Shown here piece after piece: positions 33,900 through 46,510 of a stretch of DNA of 64,000 nt (its first letter is position 1; each line of letters opens with the position of its first letter). Location of the stretch: positions 326,864,001-326,928,000 of the forward strand of contig OZ024741.1 of NCBI GenBank assembly GCA_964016885.1. The letters run 5' to 3'. The notes beneath the pieces are model-generated. The model made no database searches. It was not told where the DNA came from and was given only the letters and a program-made list of their open reading frames with translations. This stretch comes from Eledone cirrhosa. Taxonomy: Eukaryota. Position numbers and translations under genes: made by a program.

Positions 33900-34240
33900 G
33901 TTACATCTATCAATATATCTTTCCAACGTTTGTTGACGGGTTTCAGGTGTCTGTCAATTATCTGCTTCCAGTTCATCTTAGGGCGTCTGATTAGTATGCT
34001 CCTCACTTGGGAGTCATGTGATATGTCCCAACCAGCCAAGTCGACACTTGCACATGATGTTAGACATTCGTTGTTCGTGAGTTCGTTGAAAGACTTCTTT
34101 GTTAGTAATGAAATTATTCCACTTGATGCCAAGGGCTTTCCATAGGCATTGCTGTCAAAAGCATCTAATTGGTTCTCTTGCCTTTTGTTAACACTCCCCG
34201 TTTCGCACCCATACAGAAATTCTTAAAGCACATTACTGTT
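33900..34240 (-). pseudogene. Degenerate RTE-type LINE C-terminal fragment
   Basis: FLYGCETGSVNKRQENQLDAFDS, then after a frameshift KALGIKWNNFITNKEV...CRLGWLGHIT. Confidence 0.65.
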
Positions 34241-35444
34241 GTAAATTATAATATGAAGTTATAAAAAAAGAAACCTCCGTTGGGTAATTCAATGAAGAAT
34301 ATGCAAAATGAAAGAAGGAAAAGTCGCTGTTAGAACGCCTTCGAATACTGGTATTTTAAATTGTCATCGTCGAACGGTTTTCGTATAAGTCGACATCATT
34401 TCGCGCATGGGATGCCTTTGACCACAGATCTTATGTCACATTGTAGACAAAAATAAGAACAAGAACTAGAAATGCGATCAACGCAAAATACATCCCTTGA
34501 CATTATTGTTCCTTCTCTGAATCCACTACTCAAATTTTTTTCAAATTTTATATATTTATTTTTTACCTTATTATCAATATTCTTTTATTTATTTCTTATT
34601 TTCAAAACAATATTGTCCATTGTAATTTAACTATATAACTACATGCTTTTATATTTTCTCTTTTATCTAAATTGCATGAAAGACCACCATTTTATAATAT
34701 GCGTAACTTATTTTCACAGACAATGTCTTCCTTCCCTCCATTTATCAAGCGCGCTCTTCCTCTCCTTTTCTTCTTTCTGATACGCCTTGTCTGTCTCTTT
34801 TTTCTCTGTCTATCTGTCTGTCATATATTTCTTTCTTTGTTCACCTCAACATATTGGCTAGGTTGTTTCTTTACAATCAAGGAATAAGCTCTCCTTCGTC
34901 TCATGGAAGAAAAAAAAAATTAAATAGAATCACCAAACTTTGTTTATGAAAAGAAAAGAGAAATGGTAAAGAACCAATGCTCTCATTAAATAAATACATA
35001 ACCAAACAAAATATAGTTTAAACATATTAAATAACCAACCGGAGAAAAAAAAAGAGAAATAAAGACCAAACAAATCATAAGAGAAACAAACAAAAACAAA
35101 ATCAAAATGGCGATAAAATATCGGTCAAATTTCTAATGCGTTTTTATTTAAATTCTTTAACATTGTTAGATATTTGGTTTCACTTCATGTGTCAATATTA
35201 TTATTATTAGTTGTAGTGGTAGTATTAGTATTTTACTTTTATCAGAATAGTATGTTTCATTTTTGCTTTTTGTTATCTCAGATTGTTTTGTGTGTGTGTG
35301 TGTTAGGTCCGGTTACGTGTGTGTATGTTGGTTTCAGAGTTTTAGTAATGTCTGTATGTGTGTGAGTGTGTGTCTTTGTGTGTCCCTTTCAGTGGGTATG
35401 TGTTTAACTGTAAGTGAATCTATCTCTGTGTGTAAGTGTGTAAA

Positions 35445-35534
<90 letters not shown>

Positions 35535-36309
35535 TGTATGTTTTGCTACTTAGACAGGCCTATTATTGAGTATCTTAATGTTATTTTCTAAGCTTTTTTT
35601 CTTTTTGGTTAAAATCTGCCAACATTATTTTCCCCAACGGCATGCTCGATAAAATAAAACAAGCATTAGAGCCAGATTTCCAAATGAAGTAGAAATTCTT
35701 GACATGGAACCACGTTTCAGCTGTAGAGTTGAATGACATATACTTACCAATGTTACCGCCCGGGGTACAATCCTTACAGCCAGGCAAAGATCTTTCTTCT
35801 CAGAAGTGTCGAATTGCAATTTTAACTTTGATTAGGAAATTTACTCTGCCACTTCAACACGAATTAATATATCGGTTTTCTATCGAGTCACTCACAACTG
35901 TATTAAAACAAAACACATAATCTTCCATTATTCCCATCGGAAAATGTGTGAAGCTCCACAGCCTAGTAGTTAGAGTGTTGGGCTTACGATGGTAATGTGG
36001 GTTGAATTCGTGGGATGTGGGGCGTCCTTTGTTCGGGAGCAAATTAATTCAGTTCACCATGTTTCAAATATATCAGCAGCAGCTAGAGGTTACCTCTGTG
36101 ATTGACTGGTGTCCTTGTTAGGGTGAGGTTTGAAATCTTAGAAAGAAAACGTACTATTAAACCAGGATAAGCTCCGGTTTGATAGGCCTCCAGGCTTGGA
36201 AGGCTGACAAGCTTACTAAAAGAGATTAATTCTTTTTTGGAATGTATGGGAGGCGAGGCCTTGACGAAGACTTGATTTCATCATAGCTTTACTAGAATGA
36301 GTCGCCTTA

Positions 36310-36560
36310 TATTACAAAATGGCATTCTCTGCAAGTCGTACACCTGACTGGATCAACTATCGTAAACCATCCCGTCCGCTGCTTTAAAATTTCCATTAAT
36401 CCACCAACCACCCAGCCAACCATGGTCTGGTACTTTATTTATTGAACCCGGAATAAATAAATGCGAAGTTTATCTTGACGAGACGTTAACTCTGACCGCC
36501 GTGAGCCGTAACAAATAGCATTTAATCCGACTCCTAACGGATTTTCCAATTCGCCACTGT
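36310..36560 (-). mobile_element. Degenerate SINE copy (family of 62950-63140)
   Basis: ctggtactttatttattgaacccggaataaataaatgcgaagtttatct... is a reverse-complement-like match to the SINE core. Confidence 0.5.
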
Positions 36561-36768
36561 TAAACAAACATCAGTGTGGGATTAATGTTCTCTAAGAATA
36601 TTCAATTTAGTATTTCATTATGTGTATTGTAAATACGCAGCATTTTGTTGGGTGTTGTACAAATTCTTGAAAGAGTTATCATGCTACAAAAGCTTAAATA
36701 AATTTATTCCACCTGACAGCATCATTAATTAAACATAAGTATCAGTCCATCTCGGGGACAGGCTCCAT

Positions 36769-36802
<34 letters not shown>

Positions 36803-37652
36803 GCATATACAGAGAGGGACAGCTGGGTAGATATATAGTTAGAGAGGATGAATACGGCGATAACATCATAGATTATACAACAAATTTGTTTCTGAATAGA
36901 AAGAAACATTTCAAATCAATACACCTGATATTAAGATACAAGATAGTGGACAGTGCAATGTAATATTCATTATAGTTGCACAAATATTAAAACATGAACT
37001 TAATCTTATATATCGTTAATGGATTGATACCAGAAATAGGATAAAATAAAAATGTTTCTGTTTTTATTTTTTTTATCAATTTACGTATATTACCACATTG
37101 ATTGATATAAAAAAACATTTATTCAATTAAGAGACTGTATATAGCATATATACTGTCACTTTTATATATATGAGAGAAATTTCCCTTTATCAGTAAAGCT
37201 AAAATATGTATACTTCACTTGTGGTATTCCTGACTGTTTAAAAGCAATTTCGACATATTTTAACAAATTAGATGGAACCCGACAACCAAATACTTTTTCT
37301 TTTGGTTCGTTTTGTTTAAATTTCTTGGTAAAGAAGAAGCAAAAATCCAGAAAATATTTAATGCAATCCTAATCATGAATAAGAAATTTAAAAACGTAAC
37401 TTTTTTTTATAATGAAGTTAAAAGCATTTCAGAAAAAAATACTGTTGTGATTTGATACGTGTAACCGTTTAAAAGAGGGAAGACTTTGAAGTTGAGTAAC
37501 AACATATGTGTGTGTACTTTTACAAAGTTACCCGGAAGCAGATAAGAATAATGAACTCGTATTATCTGCACCATTCACCTGATATATTCGCTGGTATAGA
37601 TTATCCTTCTCCATGCCCGAAACAGCTGATTGCTTCATCCAGAATGCCAGAA

Positions 37653-37687
<35 letters not shown>

Positions 37688-37768
37688 CAAGAAAGTGATG
37701 GTAAAATCCAGTATTTCAGTATGCGGATAGGGAGCACTCAACGAAGATATAAGTTCCGGAGTTATAAC

Positions 37769-38111
37769 AGTGACGAAACATAAGTCAATTGCATGAATTC
37801 ATAATCCTTTATTTACTGCTATATATATTTCGATCATAGCCATTTAATGGCTATGACCTCATCAGGCAGTTAGTCAGTTCTTAGATATGCCAGCCCTGTG
37901 TTTATGGTGTTGATGGTATCAGAGCCTTGGGACATATCTCCAAGGACATATGTCCCAAGGCTCTGATACCATCAACGCCATAAACACAGGGCTGGCATAT
38001 CTAAGAACTAACTAACTGCCTGATGAGGTCATAGCCATTCAATGGCTATCATCGAAATATATATAGCCGTAAATAAAGGATTATGAGTTCAGGCAATTGA
38101 CTTATGTTTCG

Positions 38112-38116
<5 letters not shown>
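37769..38116. mobile_element. Near-perfect 348-bp palindrome carrying two HHRs (37815-37870-, 38015-38070+)
   Basis: actgc CTGATGA ggtcatagccat-taa-atggctatgatc GAAA tatata TA gcagt AAATAAA on the left arm; the right arm has minor substitutions. Confidence 0.9.
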
Positions 38117-38179
<63 letters not shown>

Positions 38180-38461
38180 AAAAGAGTCAGGACCCCGGCG
38201 GCTGAGGTCCGGCAATGTTTACTATGTCGAGTTGTCTGGTGCGTTATGGTCCACCTGGTTTCCTACCACACTTTCTTTGTTTGTTTTTATATATGTATAA
38301 ATATATATATACCGAAAAAATTAAACGAAATTTCATTTCCCACTCTTAGTACGCCTGTTACTTAAATATAAGTATGTACACGTACATACATATATGTATG
38401 CAGACGTACAGTAGTATGTATATATATATATACATACATGCACACATATATATATATATAC

Positions 38462-38498
<37 letters not shown>

Positions 38499-38499
38499 C

Positions 38500-38658
<159 letters not shown>

Positions 38659-39068
38659 CAAATATTTTACCAAGATAAATAACGAAAATCTCATTACATA
38701 ATTTTACCTCGTATTGAACAGTTGAAATCCACTACTATAAGATTTTTGATGAAGTGTAATAAATAATTAAGTATTGCATATGTATTGCAAATATATTGTG
38801 GTCAGCATATTTAGACAATTTATAATAGACACAGAAACAAATGTCAAAGTAAATTTATTTGCTTTGACATAATCTCTTCCCGCCGACGTTTTATTTTTCT
38901 TCGTGCAATACTTGGTTATATTAATATGGTCCGTGATCCCTTCTGGGCCTATATACCATATTCCCCTGCTTGGATATTTATGCTATACGATTCAAAGGAT
39001 ACCGTCGATTCAGAATTTTCTTGTTTAAACTTTCATTTCGGATATTCATAAACAAAACATTATCTACC

Positions 39069-39119
<51 letters not shown>

Positions 39120-39308
39120 ATAATAATAAATTTGAAGACTAAAATCCAGGGCACGTTTCCACGAACCGATGTATCGTCTTCCTGTCTTCCTTCGGTTACA
39201 ACGTTTTTCGAAATATTTACTTCTGCGTTCACAGATTGACTCTTTTAGTTTCAGAACATCCCGTTAATTGTGAAAGCAGCGATTCTTTGCTTAAATTTTA
39301 ATCTGTTA

Positions 39309-39344
<36 letters not shown>

Positions 39345-39347
<3 letters not shown>

Positions 39348-40563
39348 CAGGGGAAAATGCGGGCGCATGTAAAGAAATATTCTTAAATTAATAAACCTAG
39401 AAAAGTAAAGGACAAGTTATTACACCTGGAAAAGTAAAGGACAAGAAAACTTCTTCTTAAAACTTCTTAAAATATTGCAGCTATAGTATAAATTTGAATA
39501 ATAAAAAATATTTGATTTAATTATACATAGAAAGTGATAAATTCTAATAATACAGTTGACTCTCTAATTGATAATAATACTAATTTATGATCATTTATTT
39601 AATTTTGTGATCCTCATTTACACCATAATGGTTGGGTCATTAAATAAATATACTCTATTTTACTTTACTAAATGGGACTGAAAAAATGAGTGACAATTAT
39701 AAACATCAAATAAAACAAAATGTTGGCGTGTAAATGACACTAACAATTCATTAATAATTAATTAGGGAGCCAACTGTAATGATAAATAATAACAAATTAT
39801 AATTGTTTAATAATGAAATTTAAGACCTGTCAGAGATCAAAATAACCAATCTACATTTTTAGGTAGAGTAAAATTAGACTACTATTAAAAATTAAACATT
39901 GTCTAATTCAACAGTTCATCTAATGAATTGATGAATTCACTATAATTGATTGATTCACTATAAATGAATAATTGATGAATTGACTTTTACCTAATTTTGC
40001 CCCTTGAGATGTTGAATTTTACTATATTATTAAAAAATCTGTAATACTCATAAAAAGTGCAATTATATGATGCACTGTTTTTGATTTATTTTACTGCATT
40101 ATTTTATAACTAAATTTTTAAAAATATAATTTGATTAAGAGTGAACATTTTTAAATATCTTATAACATAAATTAATAAATTGTACATATTAATTATTATT
40201 ATTATTAATTAATTATTGTACAAATTATTGTACAAATTATTGTACAAATTTTATTTTAAAAAGATTAATTTGTATACACCAAGAAAAAAATTAAGTATAC
40301 AGTAGTCAACTCTCCTTATAAGACAATCATTTTTCCAGTCCTTTAAAGTGATATTTTTTTAACAATTAACTTATAATTATTTATTTTTAGTTTTATAATC
40401 TAAATATTTTTTTTTAAATTTAGACTTTACCTGCAATATTTTAAGAAGTTTTAAGAAGTTTTCTTGTCCTTTACTTTTCCAGGTGTAATAACTTGTCCTT
40501 TACTTTTCTAGGTTTATTAATTTAAGAATATTTCTTTACATGCGCCCGCATTTTTTCCTGTAA
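39345..40563. mobile_element. AT-rich element with ~135-bp terminal inverted repeats (MITE-like or foldback)
   Basis: 39345-39480 is the reverse complement of 40432-40563; ~950-bp non-coding spacer. Confidence 0.7.
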
Positions 40564-40601
40564 TCCACTTTTTTTCCAGGCAATGCAAGCATATTATATT
40601 A

Positions 40602-40828
40602 ATATTATTATTATTTAACTTATTTGTTGATAAATATTTTTATTAATATTAATATAATTGTTTCTACTTTAGGCACAAGGCCAGCAATTATCCAGTACAT
40701 TACTGGTACGATAAAATAAAGTACCAATAATGTACTGGATAATTGCTGGCCTTGTACCTAAAGTAGAAACAATTATATTAATATTAATAAAAATATTTAT
40801 CAACAAATAAGTTAAATAATAATAATAA
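40602..40828. repeat. Palindrome built from SINE 3' tail plus downstream AT-rich sequence
   Basis: Right arm gataaaataaagtacc...ggccttgtacctaaagtagaaacaatt matches SINE 63062-63130; the left arm is its reverse complement. Confidence 0.8.
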
Positions 40829-40854
40829 ATAGGAAGAAGTGCAGATAGGAAAAG

Positions 40855-40927
40855 TAATCAGGGTGGAAATCGAACCCACGACCTTCGGATTGCCGGTCCG
40901 CTGCTCTACCGACTGAGCTACCTGACC
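40855..40927 (-). tRNA. tRNA-like cloverleaf with nominal GGC anticodon; probable pseudo-tRNA or SINE head
   Basis: GGTCAGG TA GCTCAGTCGGTAGAGC A GCGGA CCGGCAA TCCGA AGGTC GTGGG TTCGATT TCCAC CCTGATT A; intact A/B boxes and acceptor stem, but C33 and no Ala G3:U70. Confidence 0.6.
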
Positions 40928-41276
40928 ACAATTCACTATTGCACAATCTATCACTATTTTAATGTATTAGAAATTAGAAACAAACTAAGCGTTACTTATG
41001 TATGTAGTTCCTTACACTCTTTTGGTCCTCACTTATTTTAATGTAACTTTTTTTCTACTGAACCAAATTTCAATATTATTATGTTAAAAAATACCTTGTC
41101 TGTGGTCCTATAAAGTGCAAAATACCGCATCCAACTCTATCAAAAATTGAATTAGTGACAAAGCTTTGAATGTGTCGCGAGTGATCGAAATGGGACCATA
41201 AGAATATTATACACCTACTACCGTACGTGTATGATATATATATATATGTATGTATGTATGTATGTATATATGTATG

Positions 41277-41322
<46 letters not shown>

Positions 41323-42596
41323 GGATAGTGGGGCGCTCAGATCATAGACAATGGGAAAGAGCAACAAAAAAAAGAACAATCCCGTCTCGTTAGTCAACAT
41401 CTGGAAATTACGGTTTCGCTGCATTAAGTTTCAAGCCGTTTATTCCAGTACACATTAGGACGTAATAAAACAGCCGAAGCTAACGTGAAGACATGTTATG
41501 ACACTCGGCGGATTTAACAAATGAAGACGTAAAAGTAAGCCACATGTCTCAACTGCAAGAGAAGGGAGAGAAGAGTGCGCGAGGACTTAGCCAAAGGAGA
41601 AATATGTAGGGGAGAAATAGAGAAACAGGAAAGAATGATGTCGACTGCAGTCCAATATCCAAACGAAGAAGAACACTGACGTGTAGAAAAGTTAATAAGA
41701 TAGAATGGAGGAAGACAGACACGCAGCGTTTTGAAGAAAGAATGTATGGTCATGTTTTCAATAATGCTGTTATGTGGATTATGTCTGGCATATTAAACAT
41801 CAAGATAATAATAACAACACTATCAACAAAGAAAACTTCAACGACGACGACAACAACAACAAAAAATTGAATCCTTACATAGGGGCTTAAGTGCGGACGA
41901 GCGCACAGTGACATATTCCGTTGCTGATTTGAAGAGAGGCAATTTATATGCAATGCTGGAAAGGATAACTAATTAATAAGAAGGAACAGAATTAAAACAT
42001 CCATGAATTCCAAGATAATCTGAGACGCATATTTAAGTGTTATTCAGAACTGACATTTAATATCTGCAGTGGAAGCTCTTAAGCCCTCTTCAGAAAATAC
42101 AGAGATCAATTAATCAGATTAACACTGTGACAATTAATAATTTGCAATGAGCAATATGCAGACAAATTTATGGTGAAAATAAAAATGAAACAAAATATTC
42201 CTTCAAGAGAAAGAAAGATGACACAAAGTATCAGATTTGAAGTAGTAAAGAAATAGATGGAACGAAGGTGATAAACATACATACATATATATATGTATTT
42301 ATATATGCATACATACATACAAACATATATACATTCGTACAAGCATACATACAAAAGTAGATACATATGTACGTACACACATATATACATACATACGTCC
42401 GTCCGTACATACATACATAAATGCGTACGTAGGTACTTATGTACGTACATACGAACGTACACACATAGATACATACATACCTCCGTGCATATATATGTAT
42501 ATATATATATATTGTTATACTTTGGGAGAGTCATGTTGCCAATAAAATAAAGAATCTTGCTAAACAAATTCAGAAACGAAATATATATATATATAT

Positions 42597-44819
42597 ATAC
42601 ATTATGAAGAGAGAAGAAACATTTAGATATAATTAGTAATAAAATGTATCATACCTAAACTGTTCCTAAATTCCTCGACTACGTAGTTTCGTGGCATAAA
42701 CAAAAACAATATATCAAAGATAAAGAGTCCTTGCGAGGTCTGCCGACTTATCAAGAGGATACCTCATTTTACTAGTCTCGAGAACGCGTCTACACGACGT
42801 GAGAAAGAATCCCAAAAGGCGGAGGGGGAGATAGTCACGCGATATAACGGTCGAGAAACAGAGCTAAGCCTCTTATAACCACGAAAAAAATACCACGGAG
42901 GCGGAGGGGGTATTCATATCGAGGCCGTAGAAGAGGTAGTGAAGAAGGCGAGAAGTATGAGTAATGGAAGCTTTCCAGTTGTCCCCACACTTCAAAGATT
43001 GCTCGACCAGAGGGAGTTATTAATACATTTAGAAACACACAGATACATGCGGACACACACATATATACATGAATGCATCCGCACCCAACTGTGAGTTAAG
43101 GGTGCCAACTTCACCGATGTTGCTCAATGAATGACTGGGACAGACCAATTCAGTTTGAACCAGACTGAACCAGTATCAGAGTTAAAAATACATTATGAAG
43201 AGAGAAGAAACATTTAGATATAATTAGTAATAAAATGTATCATACCTAAACTGTTCCTAAATTCCTCGACTACGTAGTTTCGTGGCATAAACAAAAACAA
43301 TATATCAAAGATATAGAGTCCTTGCGAGGTCTGCCGACTTATCAAGAGGATACCTCATTTTACTAGTCTCAAGAACGCGTCTACACGACGTGAGAAAGAA
43401 TCCCAAAAGGCGGAGGGGGAGATAGTCACGCGATATAACGGTCGAGAAACAGAGCTAAGCCTCTTATAACCACGAAAAAAATACCACGGAGGCGGAGGGG
43501 GTATTCATATCGAGGCCGTAGAAGAGGTAGTGAAGAAGGCGAGAAGTATGAGTAATGGAAGCTTTCCAGTTGTCCCCACACTTCAAAGATTGCTCGACCA
43601 GAGGGAGTTATTAATACATTTAGAAACACACAGATACATGCGGACACACACATATATACATGAATGCATCCGCACCCAACTGTGAGTTAAGGGTGCCAAC
43701 TTCACCGATGTTGCTCAATGAATGACTGGGACAGACCAATTCAGTTTGAACCAGACTGAACAAGTATCAGAGTTAAAAATACATTATGAAGAGAGAAGAA
43801 ACATTTAGATATAATTAGTAATAAAATGTATCATACCTAAACTGTTCCTAAATTCCTCGACTACGTAGTTTCGTGGCATAAACAAAAACAATATATCAAA
43901 GATATAGAGTCCTTGCGAGGTCTGCCGACTTATCAAGAGGATACCTCATTTTACTAGTCTCAAGAACGCGTCTACACGACGTGAGAAAGAATCCCAAAAG
44001 GCGGAGGGGGAGATAGTCACGCGATATAACGGTCGAGAAACAGAGCTAAGCCTCTTATAACCACGAAAGAAATACCTCTGATACTGGTTCAGTCTGGTTC
44101 AAACTGAATTGGTCTGTCCCAGTCATTCATTGAGCAACATCGGTGAAGTTGGCACCCTTAACTCACAGTTGGGTGCGGATGCATTCATGTATATATGTGT
44201 GTGTCCGCATGTATCTGTGTGTTTCTAAATGTATTAATAACTCCCTCTGGTCGAGCAATCTTTGAAGTGTGGGGACAACTGGAAAGCTTCCATTACTCAT
44301 ACTTCTCGCCTTCTTCACTACCTCTTCTACGGCCTCGATATGAATACCCCCTCCGCCTCCGTGGTATTTTTTTCGTGGTTATAAGAGGCTTAGCTCTGTT
44401 TCTCGACCGTTATATCGCGTGACTATCTCCCCCTCCGCCTTTTGGGATTCTTTCTCACGTCGTGTAGACGCGTTCTTGAGACTAGTAAAATGAGGTATCC
44501 TCTTGATAAGTCGGCAGACCTCGCAAGGACTCTATATCTTTGATATATTGTTTTTGTTTATGCCACGAAACTACGTAGTCGAGGAATTTAGGAACAGTTT
44601 AGGTATGATACATTTTATTACTAATTATATCTAAATGTTTCTTCTCTCTTCATAATGTATTTTTAACTCTGATACTGGTTCAGTCTGGTTCAAACTGAAT
44701 TGGTCTGTCCCAGTCATTCATTGAGCAACATCGGTGAAGTTGGCACCCTTAACTCACAGTTGGGTGCGGATGCATTCATGTATATATGTGTGTGTCCGCA
44801 TGTATCTGTGTGTTTCTAA

Positions 44820-44824
<5 letters not shown>
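42597..44824. mobile_element. 591-bp HHR tandem array (2.5 copies -) fused head-to-head with ~1.25 inverted copies (+)
   Basis: Units 42597-43187, 43188-43778 and 43779-44075; inverted 44076-44824; nearly identical copies; (TA)n on both sides. Confidence 0.95.
42672..42759 (-). ncRNA. Hammerhead ribozyme, U3:A8 variant (copies 43263-43350-, 43854-43941-, 44498-44585+)
   Basis: tcctc TTGATAA gtcggca...tgccac GAAAC tacgta GTC gagga; palindromic ACTACGTAGT. Confidence 0.8.
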
Positions 44825-44874
<50 letters not shown>

Positions 44875-44914
44875 CTTGATCCCCTTGACCGACCAGTCTG
44901 TCGAGGTTATATAT

Positions 44915-45225
44915 ATATAAAAGGATCGATCGACTTTCGTCAAATCGGACGTAGAAACAGTGTTTTCGTCGGTCTTTCCAGTTGCTAATACTATCTTTCG
45001 GTCGCAACTCCAGGTCGAACGAGAAACGTGAATTAAAGTGTCTTGCTCAAGGACATAACGCATCGCCCGGACAAAGAATCCAACTCACAACCTCGTATTC
45101 CACGTTGCTCTTTCTACCTGGAGTTGCGACCGACATATATTAGCAATAGTATTAGCAATAGGAAAGACCGACGAAAACATTGTTACCTCGGTCCGATTTG
45201 ACGAAAGTTGATCGATCCTTATATA
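44915..45225. repeat. Foldback with nested SINE fragment (arms 44920-44992 / 45148-45220)
   Basis: Reverse-complement arms; gtgtcttgctcaaggacataacgc SINE piece in the spacer. Confidence 0.65.
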
Positions 45226-45684
45226 TATATTAAAATAACAGATTAAAGTTTAAGCAAAGAATCGCTGCTTTCACCCTTAACGGGATCTGCTGAAACTAAA
45301 AATATCAATCAATGAACGCAGAAGTAAATATTTTGAAAAACTTTGCAACCGAAGGAAGACAGGAAGACGATACTTTGGTTCATGGAAACGTTCCCTGGCA
45401 AAAGACGGAAAAGAAACGAATATAATACGTCATAATTAGGAGCGGTGAAACAATTACACGCAAAGACAAAACCACATTTATGCTATAAATGAAGTCGTAG
45501 ACTAATATTCTATTAGGTGGTTCGTGGTTGAAAGCAGCGATTATTTGCTTAAACTTTAATCTGTTATTTTAATAAATATTTGCTCTACGGTTCTTATATA
45601 TTTGATATATATTTATCCTTATCGAGCCGTCTTTGGATTTTAGTCTTCAAATTTATTATTATTACTATATAAATATATATATAT

Positions 45685-46180
45685 ATTAGGATTGGTGCTC
45701 TGAAATAGCGATGTATACATGGATGTATGTAAACTATATCTGGCGATATACTGTATGTTTAATTAAAAACATTTTGAAGACCTTGCGCTATTATTTTAAA
45801 GTAGTGTCTATGTCACTTACTTCTTTTTTTTCAATCAGCGAAGGGAGATAAGTTGACAGATCTGTTTCACACTGTTGGTGTTCATCAGATCTTAGCACTC
45901 GCCGACCTTTGTTGAAAATTATAGGGGCTGGATTCTTATAGAATTCCAGTAATAATCAGGAACTGATTATACAGAGCGATTGCTGGTCCAGCAAAAATTG
46001 AAAATTAGGATTGGTGATGAACACCAACAAAGTGAAACAGATCTGTCAGCTTATCTCCCTTCCCTGGTTGAAAAAAGAAGTAAGTGACATAGTCACTACT
46101 TTAAAATAATAGCGAAAATTCTTCAAAATGTTTTGCATTAAACATACAATATATCGCCAGATATACTATACATACATTTA
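45685..46180. mobile_element. 319-nt terminally redundant HHR monomer (-) plus inverted arm (+)
   Basis: attaggattggtg at 45685-45697 and 46004-46016; inverted arm 46015-46175; related fragments at 62140-62180 and 62540-62640. Confidence 0.8.
45849..45894 (-). ncRNA. Minimal hammerhead ribozyme type I
   Basis: taagat CTGATGA acac-caaca-gtgt GAAAC agatct GTC aactta; palindromic ACAGATCTGT. Confidence 0.8.
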
Positions 46181-46510
46181 TATATATATGAAGTGAAATT
46201 AATAGCTACCGGCCTGCCCGCCCAGCCAGTGGGATGGCGTTATCTTATGGCTAAAACAGCATGACGGGCTGTGACCAGCGGCGCCGAATGGACACCCGAC
46301 AGAGTGGTCGGTCAAGCAGAATGGCCCGGCGTTGCTCGGGATTTGCTCTAGGGTTCTTATATATTTGATATATATTTATCCTTATCGTGAAATAAATACG
46401 TTTGCTTATATTTTGTTATTGTGTATGCAAAAATATCTGTACACGAATATATAATTATTTATATATATATTATATATTATATATTAATTATATATATATA
46501 TATATATATA

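Noticed and set aside
35581-35920. Coding-like stretch (...IYLPMLPPGVQSLQPG...)
   Set aside because: Has stops in the plausible frame and only a vague resemblance to transposase motifs; unsupported
42835-44422. Identical 75-aa ORF (MCVSACICVF...) repeated three times
   Set aside because: Identity simply reflects the tandem repeat; it starts in a TG-rich low-complexity run and has no recognisable motif
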